Below, piece after piece: positions 1-11,247 of a stretch of DNA of 29,754 bases. Both the position numbers and the translations under genes were made by a program. Each line of letters opens with the position of its first letter. Position 1 is the stretch's first letter. This DNA is from Octopus sinensis (lineage: Eukaryota). The notes below the pieces were generated by a model that saw nothing but the letters and a program-made list of their open reading frames with translations, had not been told where the DNA came from and did not search any database. The stretch lies in contig NW_021832883.1 in the NCBI RefSeq assembly GCF_006345805.1, forward strand, positions 1 through 29,754, given 5' to 3'.

Positions 1-510
1 TGTGAATGGGTGTGGCAGTGAGGATTTCTATAGTATTGCCTCAGCACGTTGACAAATTTTCTTTCAAATATTAGTATTCACTTCACCATTGCGTATAAAC
101 GTCAAGAATTTTAATAAAACATAAATTATAATTCTTGTTGTTTCTTAGTGGGGTCATTATGCCAGTGATTTATAGAATACACTTCTTTATTTTCCTAACT
201 AAGTTTCCAATAATTCGTTTAATGTGTTGTTTGAATAATCAATCGATTGTTTTATCGTTGCTATTCGCCACCTCATCAATTAAATGCTCTCACATTGCAA
301 GGTTTTCTTCGAGTTTGGCTGAGAACTAATCTCATGTCTACGTGTGTGTATGTATGTACATATGCGTATACGAATGCACTATATGTGTATACGTTCTTTA
401 GTGTGTATACGTGTGTGAGCATACGCTTGTGTGTGTATGGTGTAGCTGGCGTTTGCTTCAATCGACAAAGACACATGAAGGATTATGGAAGCTAAATGTA
501 TACCTGAACT

Positions 511-785
511 TAAATGACAACTATTGTATGCATGCTATATTTTCGGACGTTATCTGTGATGGATGAGGGACGATTCCAATGTCAGCCATCATATAAAGGA
601 TAACACTCTAGGATCATATACATACATTTATGCATATATATAAATATCTGCGTTATATTTCTTCTATAGCTTCATTTTCCGTTTGTGCTTAGAAGTTCAG
701 TTTTTCAATTAAATTAATATGACTTCCTAGACTTTGACTTCTACGTAAAAAGAGAAGTTTTCCATTATATACATACATATATATG

Positions 786-829
<44 letters not shown>

Positions 830-1274
830 TATATATATATCTATATATATATATATGTATGTATATGTATATTATATGATATATATATATTAATATATAT
901 TATATATATATGTATAGTATATATATATATGTATATATAATATGTATATATGTATTATATATATTATATATATATATAGTGTATATATATATGTATATGT
1001 TATATAATATATATATGTATATATATATATATATGTAATACATATATATATGTATATATATATATATGGTATTATATATATATATATATGTAGATACATA
1101 TAATATGTATTATATTATATATATATATGTATATATATATATATAATATATAATGTATATATATATAATATATATATATAATATATCTAATATATTAATA
1201 TATATATATATATGTAATACAATATATATATATATATAATATATATGTATGTATATACATATATATATATATAT

Positions 1275-1312
<38 letters not shown>

Positions 1313-1377
1313 TATTATATACATATATATATATATACATATATATATATGTATATACATATATATATATATAATAC

Positions 1378-1412
<35 letters not shown>

Positions 1413-1473
1413 CATCTATATATATATATTATACATATCTACATATATATATATATATATATACATATAGACA

Positions 1474-1518
<45 letters not shown>

Positions 1519-1804
1519 GTATATACATATATATGTATGTATATAATGGAAAACTTCTCTTTTTACGTAGAAGGTCAAAGTCTAGGAAGTCATATTAATT
1601 TAATTGAAAAACTGAAACTTCTAAGCACAAACGGAAAATGAAGCTAAGTAGAAGAAATATAACGCAGATATTTATATATATGCATAAATGTATGTATATG
1701 ATCCTAGAGTGTTATCCTTTATATGATGGCTGACATTGGAATCGTCCCTCATCCATCACAGATAACGTCCGAAAATATAGCATGCATACAATAGTTGTCA
1801 TTTA
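511..1804. repeat. Long inverted repeat: about 290-bp arms (511-~798 and ~1513-1804) around about 715 bp of degenerate (TA)n
   Basis: Left arm taaatgacaactattgtatgcatgc...gagaagttttccattatatac is the reverse complement of gtatataatggaaaacttctc...gcatgcatacaatagttgtcattta, with only a few small indels. Confidence 0.9.
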
Positions 1805-1887
1805 TATATGTATATACGTCATATATATAGTATATATGTCATATATATATGTATATACATATATATATATATATGTATGTATATATA

Positions 1888-1934
<47 letters not shown>

Positions 1935-1960
1935 ATTTATTTTTTTTTTTCTTTTTTTTT

Positions 1961-2168
1961 TGTACTTGTTCAGTCATTTGACTGCGGCCATGCTGGGGCA
2001 AACCGCCTTTAGAGTGGTGAAAGAGTACAGCAGGGATCACCACCATCCCCTGCCGAGCCTCGTGGAGCTTTTAGGTGTTTTCGCTCAATAAACACACACA
2101 ACGCCCGGTCTGGGAATCGAAACCGCGATCCTCCGACCGCTGCCCTAACCACTGGGCATTGCGCCTCC

Positions 2169-2169
<1 letters not shown>
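1961..2169 (-). mobile_element. tRNA-derived SINE, near full length; head and body differ from the main family but the 3' tail is shared
   Basis: Minus strand begins tggaggcgcaatgcccagtggttagggcagcg (A-box-like) and has ggtttcgattccc (B box). It ends ccagcatggccgcagtcaaatgactgaacaagtac plus an A-rich tail, the same tail as the copies at 3107, 22463 and 23147. Confidence 0.8.
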
Positions 2170-2225
<56 letters not shown>

Positions 2226-2240
2226 ATATATATATTATAT

Positions 2241-2277
<37 letters not shown>

Positions 2278-3106
2278 ATAATATATATATATATATATAT
2301 ATCAATCCTATTATATCGTAAAACTATTCGCTATTCTAATTTGCTTTCACGGCATGGACTTATTCTTTGATGTAATCCCAATGCAAATCTGAAGAGATAT
2401 CGGTCCTTACTGTATCGTTTCCATGGCTGTGTTAAATGATAAATTCCTGACATCCATGATTGAAACAGAGGAATTTCCAAATACAAAATCCTCTTTTGTG
2501 TCGTTTTATTATTTTTTTCCTAAAATATTACAGTTACAAAGGAATGTACGAAAATATATAACTAAAATAATCTAAAACTGAATTCACCAAAACAGGAATG
2601 TTTGCATTCATACCCACTTTTGATATGTAGATACCGACGATATCAGGGCGAGTGTAAGTATTGAAAAAATTACAAAAATCTATTCCAGGTGAGAATGCGA
2701 TCGATAAAGCCGTAGGAACGTGCATTTGAATGCGTTAGTACATCAGCTGTTGCGATCGATACTACGCGTACGCGAGAAAAATGCACGTGTAGTTTGCGCA
2801 AAAAAGCCGGCTGGCTTGAAATAATGCCACAAAATGCAGTGTATTTAAGAGACCAAATAAGTAAGACGTAACAGACATATTTTCTTCAAACTTGGCATGA
2901 AAGAAGGAAAAACTATTTGGTTTCTCAAGAAGTTTTTTTCTGCCTTAATTTCGTTTAACAAAACCAAAAATTTTATTGAAATAAAGGCATGCTTAATTAT
3001 TTTTTAATGAAAAGAAAACACTGATTGCTTTTTATTCAGCAGATATGATTCAGCACCGTCCATTGGACGGGTGGCGTTTTGCTCGTATATAGATAAATAT
3101 GTTCTG

Positions 3107-3250
3107 AGTTCGGCAAAAGACCATGATAGAATAAGTACTAGGCTTAGAAAGGATAAGTTATGGGGTCGATTCTTTCGACTAAAGGCGGTGATCCAGCATG
3201 GCTGCAGTCAAATGACTGAAACAATATAAAGAATAAAAGTATAAAAGAAT
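3107..3250 (+). mobile_element. 5'-truncated SINE (3' half of the main octopus-type SINE family)
   Basis: ttcggcaaaaga...gatagaataagtactaggctt...cgactaaaggcggtgatccagcatggctgcagtcaaatgactgaaacaa plus a (taaaaga)n tail matches the reverse complement of 23147-23290. Confidence 0.8.
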
Positions 3251-3262
3251 ATATATACACAC

Positions 3263-3303
<41 letters not shown>

Positions 3304-3438
3304 ATATATATATATATATATATATGTATGTATTTAAGTTTAAAACGAGGTTGAGAAATTAGATATTAATTTAATTAACATCGATTTCACACCAATGGTC
3401 TAGCATATAAAAAAACTGAAGGTTCAGTAAAATTGTAT

Positions 3439-3710
3439 TATATACATATTAGAGGGAAACCACTATGTGGACACCCTTATGCTAAATATAGATCCGCTAT
3501 GGTCTTACCACTAAGAAATGTTCTCAAGAAAAATTTAGCAAAACAACCAAAACGTATGCGAATAATCCATATTTTTATTGTTTTTTCTTTTGTCTTGCTC
3601 GATTACGTTTTGGTTGTTTTGCTAAAGTTTTCTTGAGAACATTTCTTAGTGGTAAGACCATAGCGGATTTATTTCTAGCATAAGGGTGTCCACATAGTGG
3701 TTTCCCTCTA

Positions 3711-3721
<11 letters not shown>
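3439..3721. mobile_element. Fold-back or MITE-like element: about 118-bp arms (3439-3556 and 3604-3721) and a 47-bp spacer
   Basis: tatatacatattagagggaaaccactatgtggacacccttatgc...caaccaaaacgta pairs with tacgttttggttg...gcataagggtgtccacatagtggtttccctctaatatgtatata. It is TA-flanked and has no ORF. Confidence 0.8.
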
Positions 3722-3753
<32 letters not shown>

Positions 3754-3963
3754 TATAAGAATGTTTAAGTAGTTGAATGAATTATCCTAGTATGGATAAT
3801 TCGGTTAACCGATACCCGGGTAGCAAATTTACGTCAGAAAGCACGGTTGAAGCTACATGCCAAGGGCAGAAATCATGTGCTTTCGTGTGGAAATTTGTGT
3901 GTTTTTTTACTATAGATAAATGAAAGAATGGAGTCGAACGACGATTTAACAAAATTCCTTTAT

Positions 3964-4044
3964 TTTCGACATATGTTTCGAAGACTGCATATTCTTAATT
4001 CCGAAGGAATAAAGGGTGCATTATGTCGCTTTCTCATCAGGAAA
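3964..4044 (-). ncRNA. Type I hammerhead ribozyme candidate (mirror copy in the left arm)
   Basis: Minus strand reads tttc-CTGATGA-gaaagcgacata...tatgcagtcttc-GAAA-catatg-TC-gaaa. Confidence 0.6.
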
Positions 4045-4258
4045 GACAAGGAACTTATGTCAACATCATGACGAACAAAACTTTTAGATGACTGCCCACA
4101 CGGAGTCCATAGTGATAATGATTGTTTCTTTAAAATATTCCGTTATAAGCAGTGACGTCAAAATTGGTTGGATGGAGAAGATTCTAAAAAGATCAAGCCC
4201 GTGTGGGCAGTCATCTAAAGGTTTTTGTTCGTCATGATGCTGACATAAGTTCCTTGTC

Positions 4259-4339
4259 TTTCCTGATGAGAAAGCGGCATAATGCACCCTTTATTCCTTC
4301 GGAATTAAGAATATGCTGTCTTCGAAACATATGTCGAAA
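4259..4339 (+). ncRNA. Type I hammerhead ribozyme candidate with a palindromic mini-stem III
   Basis: Stem I tttc/gaaa; CTGATGA at 4263-4269; long imperfect stem II gaaagcggcata/tatgctgtcttc; GAAA at 4324-4327; ACATATGT palindrome at 4327-4334; predicted GUC cleavage after 4335. Confidence 0.7.
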
Positions 4340-4387
4340 ATAAAGGAATTTTGTTAAATCGTCGTTCGACTCCATTTTTCATTTATC

Positions 4388-4436
<49 letters not shown>

Positions 4437-4767
4437 TATAATTATATATATATATATATAAATCTTTTAGTATAGCTCAAGAATTTTCAATTAGCTCTTC
4501 TGTTATAATTCGGTTATTTAATTTGTACAGGGGGAGAGTTTAACAAATATCCAATCTTGGTCTTAACGAAAATAATATTACCATTAATCAAAAATAAAAA
4601 AATAGTGCAGATATTAATTGCGAACGCTAACACAACGTGAATTCAACAATGGCACTCATTTATATTGCTCAAAAGATAATTAGTTTGCGACTGAAGATTG
4701 GTTATTGTTCGTGTTGGGAATTCACAATTCTTCAGATCTGAGATTAGCAGATGCAGACTTTTATTTT

Positions 4768-4990
4768 TTAGTTGATTTTGACAGTGGCCTACGGTCATGC
4801 TGGAGCGCCGCTTTAAAGTGTTTCAGCGGACCAATTTAGCACCAATATATTTCTAAGCCAGGTGCCTATTTTTTTGTTCTTTTTCTTTCTATTCTTTGTT
4901 TGCCGAATCATCTGTGAATGTGGATGGAACGTAAACAAGCCAACACCACTTGTCGAGCGACAGACAGGGTGACAGAGTTGCAAAGACAAT
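4768..4990 (-). mobile_element. Diverged SINE 3' half
   Basis: ggtcatgctggagcgccgctttaaag...ttgccgaatc...cgtaaacaagccaacaccacttgtcgagcga is collinear with the SINE tail at 22463 and 23147. Confidence 0.55.
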
Positions 4991-5005
4991 ATATATATAT
5001 ATATG

Positions 5006-5075
<70 letters not shown>

Positions 5076-5479
5076 TATATATATATATATATATATTATA
5101 TAGTATGTATATATATATATTTCAGGTCTTATGCCTTCAGTAGAAAAGATTATTATTTTAGGGAGCAAGTTGGCAGATTCGTTGGCACGCTGGGCAGACA
5201 GCTCGAAAAAATAAAAGGGTTCATATCAGACACGCTAACGATTAGACAAGCCTTCCATCCGACACATAAGTTAGATACAAGCAACGGTTTTGAGGTGACA
5301 AACGTTTAAATAGCCTGAGTACTTGAATTTTTATTATCACCCCTGAAACGATGAAAGCCAAAGTCGACTTTGCGAATCCTGAAGCTGCGTTTGACATAAA
5401 TTTTCTTAGGATCTGAATGGTTAATTAATAGTTATTGTATATACCAGTGACTATAACTATTTGTCCTTTGTTATTTATG

Positions 5480-5900
5480 AGGACATTCTAAAAGCTATTT
5501 TTCTTTTATTTCATTTTTAAAATTGCAGCTTTTGGATCCTAATTTTAATGCCCCAAGTGTTTCTATAATTTGATCATTTTTGTTGTATTCCCTCAAGTTT
5601 GAATTTGAAATAACTTAAAATTTCTTTGAGACTTACTTTCAGACCTGGCTTTTGAAAACTCTTGGCTTACTTTCTCCCACAATCTTCTCAGGCATTCTTC
5701 ATTCTTCAATATGATATTGTTATCTATGTATGTCAGGTATGAGTTATATATCTGTCCTGCTATTTTGAGTCACAACATTTCCTCTAGTCCTGATTTGTTA
5801 TATTATCACTGAACATCGTGCAAATTACGAGAGAAATTTTGCAGTTATTGATGCTCCAAATTTTTTTCCCCCTTTTTTACCAATTCCATCGTTGTTCTGA
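5480..5900 (-). pseudogene. Decayed RTE/BovB-like LINE reverse-transcriptase fragment
   Basis: Minus-strand translation across frameshifts gives GIGK..., NKSGLEEM, KIAGQIYNSYLTYIDNNIILKNEECLRRLWEKVSQEFSKA and NDQIIETLGALKLGS. These are collinear with the RTE-BovB motif string GLEE..GIKIAGRNINNLRYADD...EEL..LL.KV.EES.K.GL...KYLGS, with YADD decayed to YIDN. Confidence 0.7.
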
Positions 5901-6299
5901 ATAATTGTTTCTTATCAGAACAGAACTCCATAACAGATATTTCTTTCGGTAACGTTGATAGTGTTTAATGAGCTACACTACAAGAATTTTGTGGCAAATG
6001 ATGAAACACGAGTTGACATTCTAGTAGTACACCTTAGACGTTTCCATTATCTACCTCATCTTTGACATTTATTTTTATTTCTTGTTACCCAACCTTTCCT
6101 GGAGCCAGATTTTACTGAAGGTTATTCATCTTCCAGTTTTTAATAATTTTCAGAACAGTTTACTTACGTGGCACATAGAGACAACGACCCTGAAATTCTC
6201 GAATTCCCGAAGAACACCTTACTTTAAAATGCTGTTATAAGCCATCATCTTCTATTCTTTTAAGCTATCGTGAATATACTAAATACATTTTCAAAATTT

Positions 6300-6950
6300 A
6301 GTAGAACATACCCGGGTAAATTCACCAGTTCTTTGTTATTGTTCAGTTTGAATGTTATTTGAAATTAGAGTTTTTTTTAGCCAGAAATAGCCCAACCTAA
6401 TACTATTTCCATTATATTCGCATCCTCTTCATACACCCTTGATGTAAAATCCTCATGGACCCCTCCGACTCATGCGTGCAACTCTCTCGTGTATTCTCTC
6501 TATGAAGCATTAAATAGTACATTATTCTCACACCTTCACCAGTTTTATAGTTTAGAATTCCGATTCTAGACAGAACGTTTCCGTTATTTTATTTTAGTTC
6601 CTTGAAGAGGTTTGCTGCTTTACTTTCTGTTGATATTCTTCCGTTATTTTACAATACCCTCTTCAAAGAATTGCTATTATCTTTCTGCTTCACGTTAGAA
6701 TTCATTACATAGCCTTCTGAATGCCTTAATATCTGCAATTACTTTTGACTGCCGCCGTTCTTATTCAATTCCTATTGTTGTTGCCAAAATCCATTTTGTA
6801 CTTCTTATTCTTTTCCAACCGTAAGAAGATTCCTTGCTGATTCTTAAACAATGCCATTCATTTCTGGCTATAACGCTCCAGGGTATCTCAAGACACCATT
6901 AACAGTTGTAAATCGATTCTTAAATGCCACACAATAACATTCTGGTAATT
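6300..6950 (-). pseudogene. Possible second, heavily decayed RTE-like LINE C-terminal fragment
   Basis: Purine-rich minus strand gives short matches (EDFTSRVYEEDA, GNSIRLGYFW) to the RTE post-RT motif ..L.KRVY....G.R.RGRP...W. There are many stops. Confidence 0.3.
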
Positions 6951-7760
6951 CTTAAAGTCTGTTCTTTTCACGCTTTTATTTTTCTCTTTTCTATTTTATT
7001 AGATATTAATTTGATCTAAGAACTGAACGGTTGGTAATGTTTACCATAATCAGCCCATGGCGTAGTTTTGGCAGTCTGAACCGAAATTTTCTATATCAAA
7101 GATTGTTCTAAATAGGTGTTTCGGATGGACATAGAATTCGCTGCCATAATTAAAACACCACGTACTTTCCTTTTCCAGAAATATTTGATTTTTCCTTCAT
7201 ACCTACCATTGCATCGGATCTTTTATAATCAACAAATTTTCTTCCCGCTTCACGTTAATAACGGTTTTCTAAATGTGATTCAAGAACCTTTCCTTATCAT
7301 CTTTCATAATTACTGATGTGGACGAATGGTTGTAAATAAAGGGTAAGAACCCGAACGACCCCCTTCGGTCATGAATGACCATGGGATTGCACCTAGAGCT
7401 TTTCTGATACCGCCTCGTATTATGAACACTCGACCAGTTAGTGTGCACAGTGTATCGAGTACTCTATCGAGAACGCTGCGTTCATAATATTAGCTCAACC
7501 ATCATACAAATGCTGACTCTGAGAACTTGGCACCGTGACCAGAAATATTTTGCTGACGTGATGCAGACAGATGGTTAACAATTAATTGATAACTAAGTGT
7601 TTGTTTTATGTCACTTTGTAAATAAGCAAAAGAACGTTATGTGAAGCGTTATATTTTGCTTTCTGTCTTTTTCCTTATCGTATAACCATTAAAGAAATAC
7701 AAAGTCATTATCACCTCTATGAATTCTCTTGTATAACTAGCTTTTATTATTTTTTTTTTA

Positions 7761-8022
7761 TTTTTACGTGTTTCACTAATTAGACTGTGGCCTTGCTGGG
7801 ACACCGCCTTGATGAATTTTAGACGTACAAATCGACCGCAGTACATATTTATCTAAGCATGGTAATTACTCTGTCGATCGTTTATGACGAACGGTTAAGT
7901 TACGGGCGTCGTAAACACTGTAAAAAGCGGTTGTCAAGTGGTGGTGGAAGGATAAATACAGACAAAAAGACACATACACACACGATGGGCTTCTTTCAGT
8001 TTCCGTCTACCAAATCCACTCA
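7761..8022 (-). mobile_element. SINE copy lacking its tRNA head
   Basis: gactgtggccttgctgggacaccgcctt...aagttacgggcgtcgtaaacac...ggttgtcaag...acgatgggcttctttcagtttccgtctaccaaatccactca. Confidence 0.75.
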
Positions 8023-8284
8023 GTTTATCATTTAACTATATATGCACGTCTCACGCAATTATGTGCATGAGAAAACACACATAAAACAAAAGAAACAAAT
8101 CTGCACACATACCTACATACATACAATGGGATTCGTATAGTTTCCGTCTACTAAATGCAGTCATAAGGAATTGGTAGGAAAGACGTGCTCAATAACCACC
8201 TCATTGTCCTTTACGTTTAAGGAACAATTCTACATCATTAATAAAGGTGATGTAACCAACCGTTTTCTTGTTACAGCGTTACTG

Positions 8285-8430
8285 AAGCCAAATGGTTAAG
8301 ATGTTTCTTTCGCAACCACACGTTCCTTGGTTCGATCCCAAAGCATGACATCTTCAACAAATATCTATTTATGTAGCATCGGGCTGAAGCTAATTTTGAG
8401 ATGATAAATTGGGGAGATGGAAACTGTTTA
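8285..8430 (+). mobile_element. Old tRNA-derived SINE head fragment
   Basis: gccaaatggttaag (A-box-like), ggttcgatccc (B box), then a diverged CORE-like body. Confidence 0.45.
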
Positions 8431-8558
8431 GAGACCAGTCGGATGGGATGTGTCTAATTCATATAGTTTGACCCTTGTCACACACTGTGTCACGTGTGAT
8501 TCAGCATGAAAATTAAGTTGAGCAAACTTGTCTGTGAAATAGTCATCTACATATTCGT

Positions 8559-9402
8559 AAGGCGGCGAGCTGGCATAAACGTTAGCACACCGGGCGAAAT
8601 GCCTTGCAGTATTTCGTCTGCCGTTACGTTCTGAGTTAAAATTCCGCCGAGGTCGACTTTGCCTTTCATCCTTTCGAGGTCGATTAAATAAGTACCAGTT
8701 ATGCACTGGGGTCGATATAATCGACTTAATCCGTTTGTCTGTCCTTGTTTGTCCTCTCTGTGTTTAGCCCCTTGTGGATAGTAAAGAAATAGGTATTTCG
8801 TCTGCTGCTATGTTCTGAGTTCAAATTCAGCCGAGGTCGACTTTGCCTTTCATCCTTTCGGGGGCGATTAAATAAGTACCAGTTATGCACTGGTGTCGAT
8901 ATAATCGACTTAATCCGTTTGTCTGTCCTTGATTGTCCTCTCTGTGTTTAGCCCCTTGTGGGTAGTAAAGAAATAGGTATTTCGTCTGCTGCTATGTTCT
9001 GAGTTCAAATTCCGCCGAGGTCGACTTTGCCTTTCATCCTTTCTAGGTCGATTAAATAAGTACCAGTTATGCACTGGGGTCGATATAATCGACTTAATCC
9101 GTTTGTCTGTCCTTGTTTGTCCCCTCTGTGTTTAGCCCCTTGTGGATAGTAAAGAAATAGGTATTTCGTCTGCTGCTATGTTCTGAGTTCAAATTCAACC
9201 GAGGTCGACTTTGCCTTTCATCCTTTCGGGGTCGATTAAATAAGTACCAGTTACGCACTGGGGTCGATATAATCGACTTAATGCGTTTGTCTGTCCTTGA
9301 TTGTCCTCTCTGTGTTTAGCCCATTGTGGGTAGTAAAGAAATAGGTATTTCGTCTGCCGTTACGTTCTGAGTTCAAATTCCGCCGAGGGCAATAAAGAAA
9401 TA
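8559..9402 (+). mobile_element. Tandem SINE array: one tRNA-like head, four 184-bp units (starting 8609, 8793, 8977, 9161), a partial fifth unit (9345) and a tail, flanked by a 23-bp TSD
   Basis: Head is ggcggcgagctggcataaacgttagcacaccgggcgaaatg. Unit gtatttcgtctg...gtaaagaaatag has an exact 184-bp period. TSD gaaatagtcatctacatattcgt occurs at 8536-8558 and 9403-9425. Confidence 0.92.
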
Positions 9403-10317
9403 GAAATAGTCATCTACATATTCGTTCAGGAGCACGCGTTATTCAAAGGAGAGAACAACTGAATTCTCATCGTCGAATGACTGAGAACACCATAAGGTTC
9501 TTTCAACATAAATTCATTGGTTTCTTTATGTTCTTACATAAACCGATTAATAACATAAACAACAGCAACAACAACTAGAGATTTAGCAAATTCCTCGGAT
9601 TTAATAAAAGAAAAAAAAGAGGCAATAAACGATTTAAGATCGCAATATCATTTGAGAATAGATTTCACATAATATTGGAAGTTTCTGGAGCATTACTATG
9701 TATTTTGTTCATTTAAAACGGTGATAATTACCTTACAATAGTAAGAAATTCCTGCAATTATACACTGTGTTGGCTTCCGGTGTTCGCTAAACCGCAAACC
9801 TCTAATGCCGGTAGGCGGCCATAGCTAGAAAATGTATAATATAATAGAAAAGAAGCTGATGTCAGCAGAACTAATCTATCTGTTGAATGATAAACATAAA
9901 AGGCAAAAAACGAAACAAAAAAAATATCGGTTGACCTAAATTGGAAGGTGACAAAAACATTTAATATTAGATGTGCTTGCCAAAGATTTATTTACAGAGA
10001 TGAGATTTAAAGTAGTTCCATTAAAAATGGAAAAGCAAATAAACAAAAAGGAATTAGAAAGTAACTTTCCCAAAGGGGTAGGTTTTTTTTTTTTACCGCT
10101 TTATGTCAACGTGTAAATGAAGGTTTTCAGAGAGAGCAAATTGCTGTGTACATAGATTATTAACAGACGATCAGGCGAAACGTTAACAGTTCATTTCATC
10201 TTTGTGGTACTACATTTTCCTTCACGTTCAAAGCGGTGCAATTTGCCCGAATCTAAGCAGATTCTGTAACGAAGACACGACACAAAAAATAAATAAATAA
10301 ATAAACGATTCGTTCAT

Positions 10318-10500
10318 CTTTTACTTGTTTCACTCATTCAATAGCGGATATGGCGGAACACTACCTTCAAACGTTTAGTCGGGAAACTCGACACCAGTAA
10401 TTATTTTTCAGTATCGAACTTATTCACTCATTCGCTAACCGACAATTCTAATGGCGTCTCCCTAACAACGGTTGTCAGGCAATGTTGCAGGGACAAATAC
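10318..10500 (-). mobile_element. Highly diverged SINE 3' half
   Basis: ttttacttgttttcactcattcaatagcggatatggcggaacactacc...cggttgtcagg is collinear with the SINE tail. Confidence 0.45.
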
Positions 10501-10504
10501 AAAC

Positions 10505-10818
10505 ACAAATCACGCGTGCATATGCCACTCAATACATCGCGTACGACCCGTTGCCTCGTCCACGAAAGCTTGCCAAATCATGCTCAATGCCTTTGTAGCA
10601 AACTTTCCAAGTTTAACGCAAAATTTCAGGTTGTCTCTTTGTTTCTGTCTACGACAAAATGAGAGAGTACGGCATTCCTGTGATCACAAAAACACAAATT
10701 ACACAACGTTCGAAGTAAACACAGCGATGCCACCCGGCATTGTGCCTCATGAAGGTCACTGCTAGCTCTCACAGCGCATCCAATCGTATGCTGCCGTGAA
10801 CTTTTTGAGACCACCTCG
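10505..10818 (-). mobile_element. Mariner (Tc1/mariner) 5' fragment: TIR, 5' UTR and transposase N-terminal helix-turn-helix
   Basis: Minus strand starts cgaggtggtctcaaaaagttc (mariner-type TIR). 10647-10510 translates QKQRDNLKFCVKLGKFATKALSMIWQAFVDEATGRTRCIEWHMHA*, matching the mariner N-terminal motif EQR.N.KFCVKLGKSATET..M...AFG.....R.R..EWH. It is not in the ORF track because it lacks an ATG. Confidence 0.85.
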
Positions 10819-11017
10819 TGTGTGTGTGTGTATACATACATATATATATATATATATATAATATATAATATATATATATATATATGCATGTATGTATGTA
10901 TGTATGTATTCTCATGTATGTATTGTTTTCTCTCCATATCTACGTGAATTATTTTTGAGTAAACACTATCTGGGAGACTTTTCTTTTAGTAGAAGAAATG
11001 GGTAAAAAACGTTTTGG

Positions 11018-11175
11018 CTGCTATTTCTAAAAGTTGCAGTATGTGGTGAAGTAAATTATTTTACTGAGCCCTAATTATATAACGTAATATTTTGAATATA
11101 CCTTGAATGGTCCTTTTACATACTGAACACTACTTGGTGAAATTAATTAATAATTAATTGATTTTACCCTTTTAT
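11018..11175 (+). repeat. Dispersed repeat related to 26517-26690
   Basis: Shared ctgctatttctaa...atgtggtgaag.aa...tga.ccctaattat and ...acatac.gaac..tactt.gt.aaat..ttaatt...attttaccctt.atta. Confidence 0.55.
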
Positions 11176-11181
11176 TATTGA

Positions 11182-11247
<66 letters not shown>

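Larger units (their letters stand above)
3911..4391. mobile_element. Inverted-repeat element (about 193-bp arms, 95-bp spacer) with a hammerhead in each arm; probably Penelope-like pseudo-LTR termini in inverted orientation
   Basis: Arms 3911-4103 and 4199-4391 are near-perfect reverse complements. Each has a CTGATGA...GAAA core followed by AATAAA towards the outer end. Assignment to Penelope-like elements is inferred from known hammerhead-bearing pLTRs. Confidence 0.7.

Noticed and set aside
2385-2490. CTGAAGA with a gata/tatc stem followed by GTTT, and a nearby aattcc...ggaatt fold
   Set aside because: The catalytic GAAA is absent in the first and the core is broken in the second.
4688-4742. 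CTGAAGA on both strands
   Set aside because: No GAAA with a properly placed stem II or III on either strand.
7345-7400. cgacccccttcggtcatgaatgaccatgggattgcacctag hairpin, reminiscent of an RTE-type element end
   Set aside because: The fragment is too short to assign or to fold as a ribozyme.
8559-9402. CRISPR-like or tRNA-gene interpretation of the 184-bp array and of the SINE heads
   Set aside because: The units are near-identical with no unique spacers in a eukaryotic context, and the heads do not fold into complete cloverleaves and run into SINE bodies.
9805-9830. gccg-gtagg-cggc hairpin followed by CTAG (Helitron-like 3' end)
   Set aside because: The stem is only 4 bp, CTAG is followed by A rather than T, and no matching 5' TC end could be identified.
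11118-11150. ctgaaca...gaaa in the dispersed repeat
   Set aside because: A C3/C8 mismatch and no stem I; the related copy at ~26640 does not preserve the motif.
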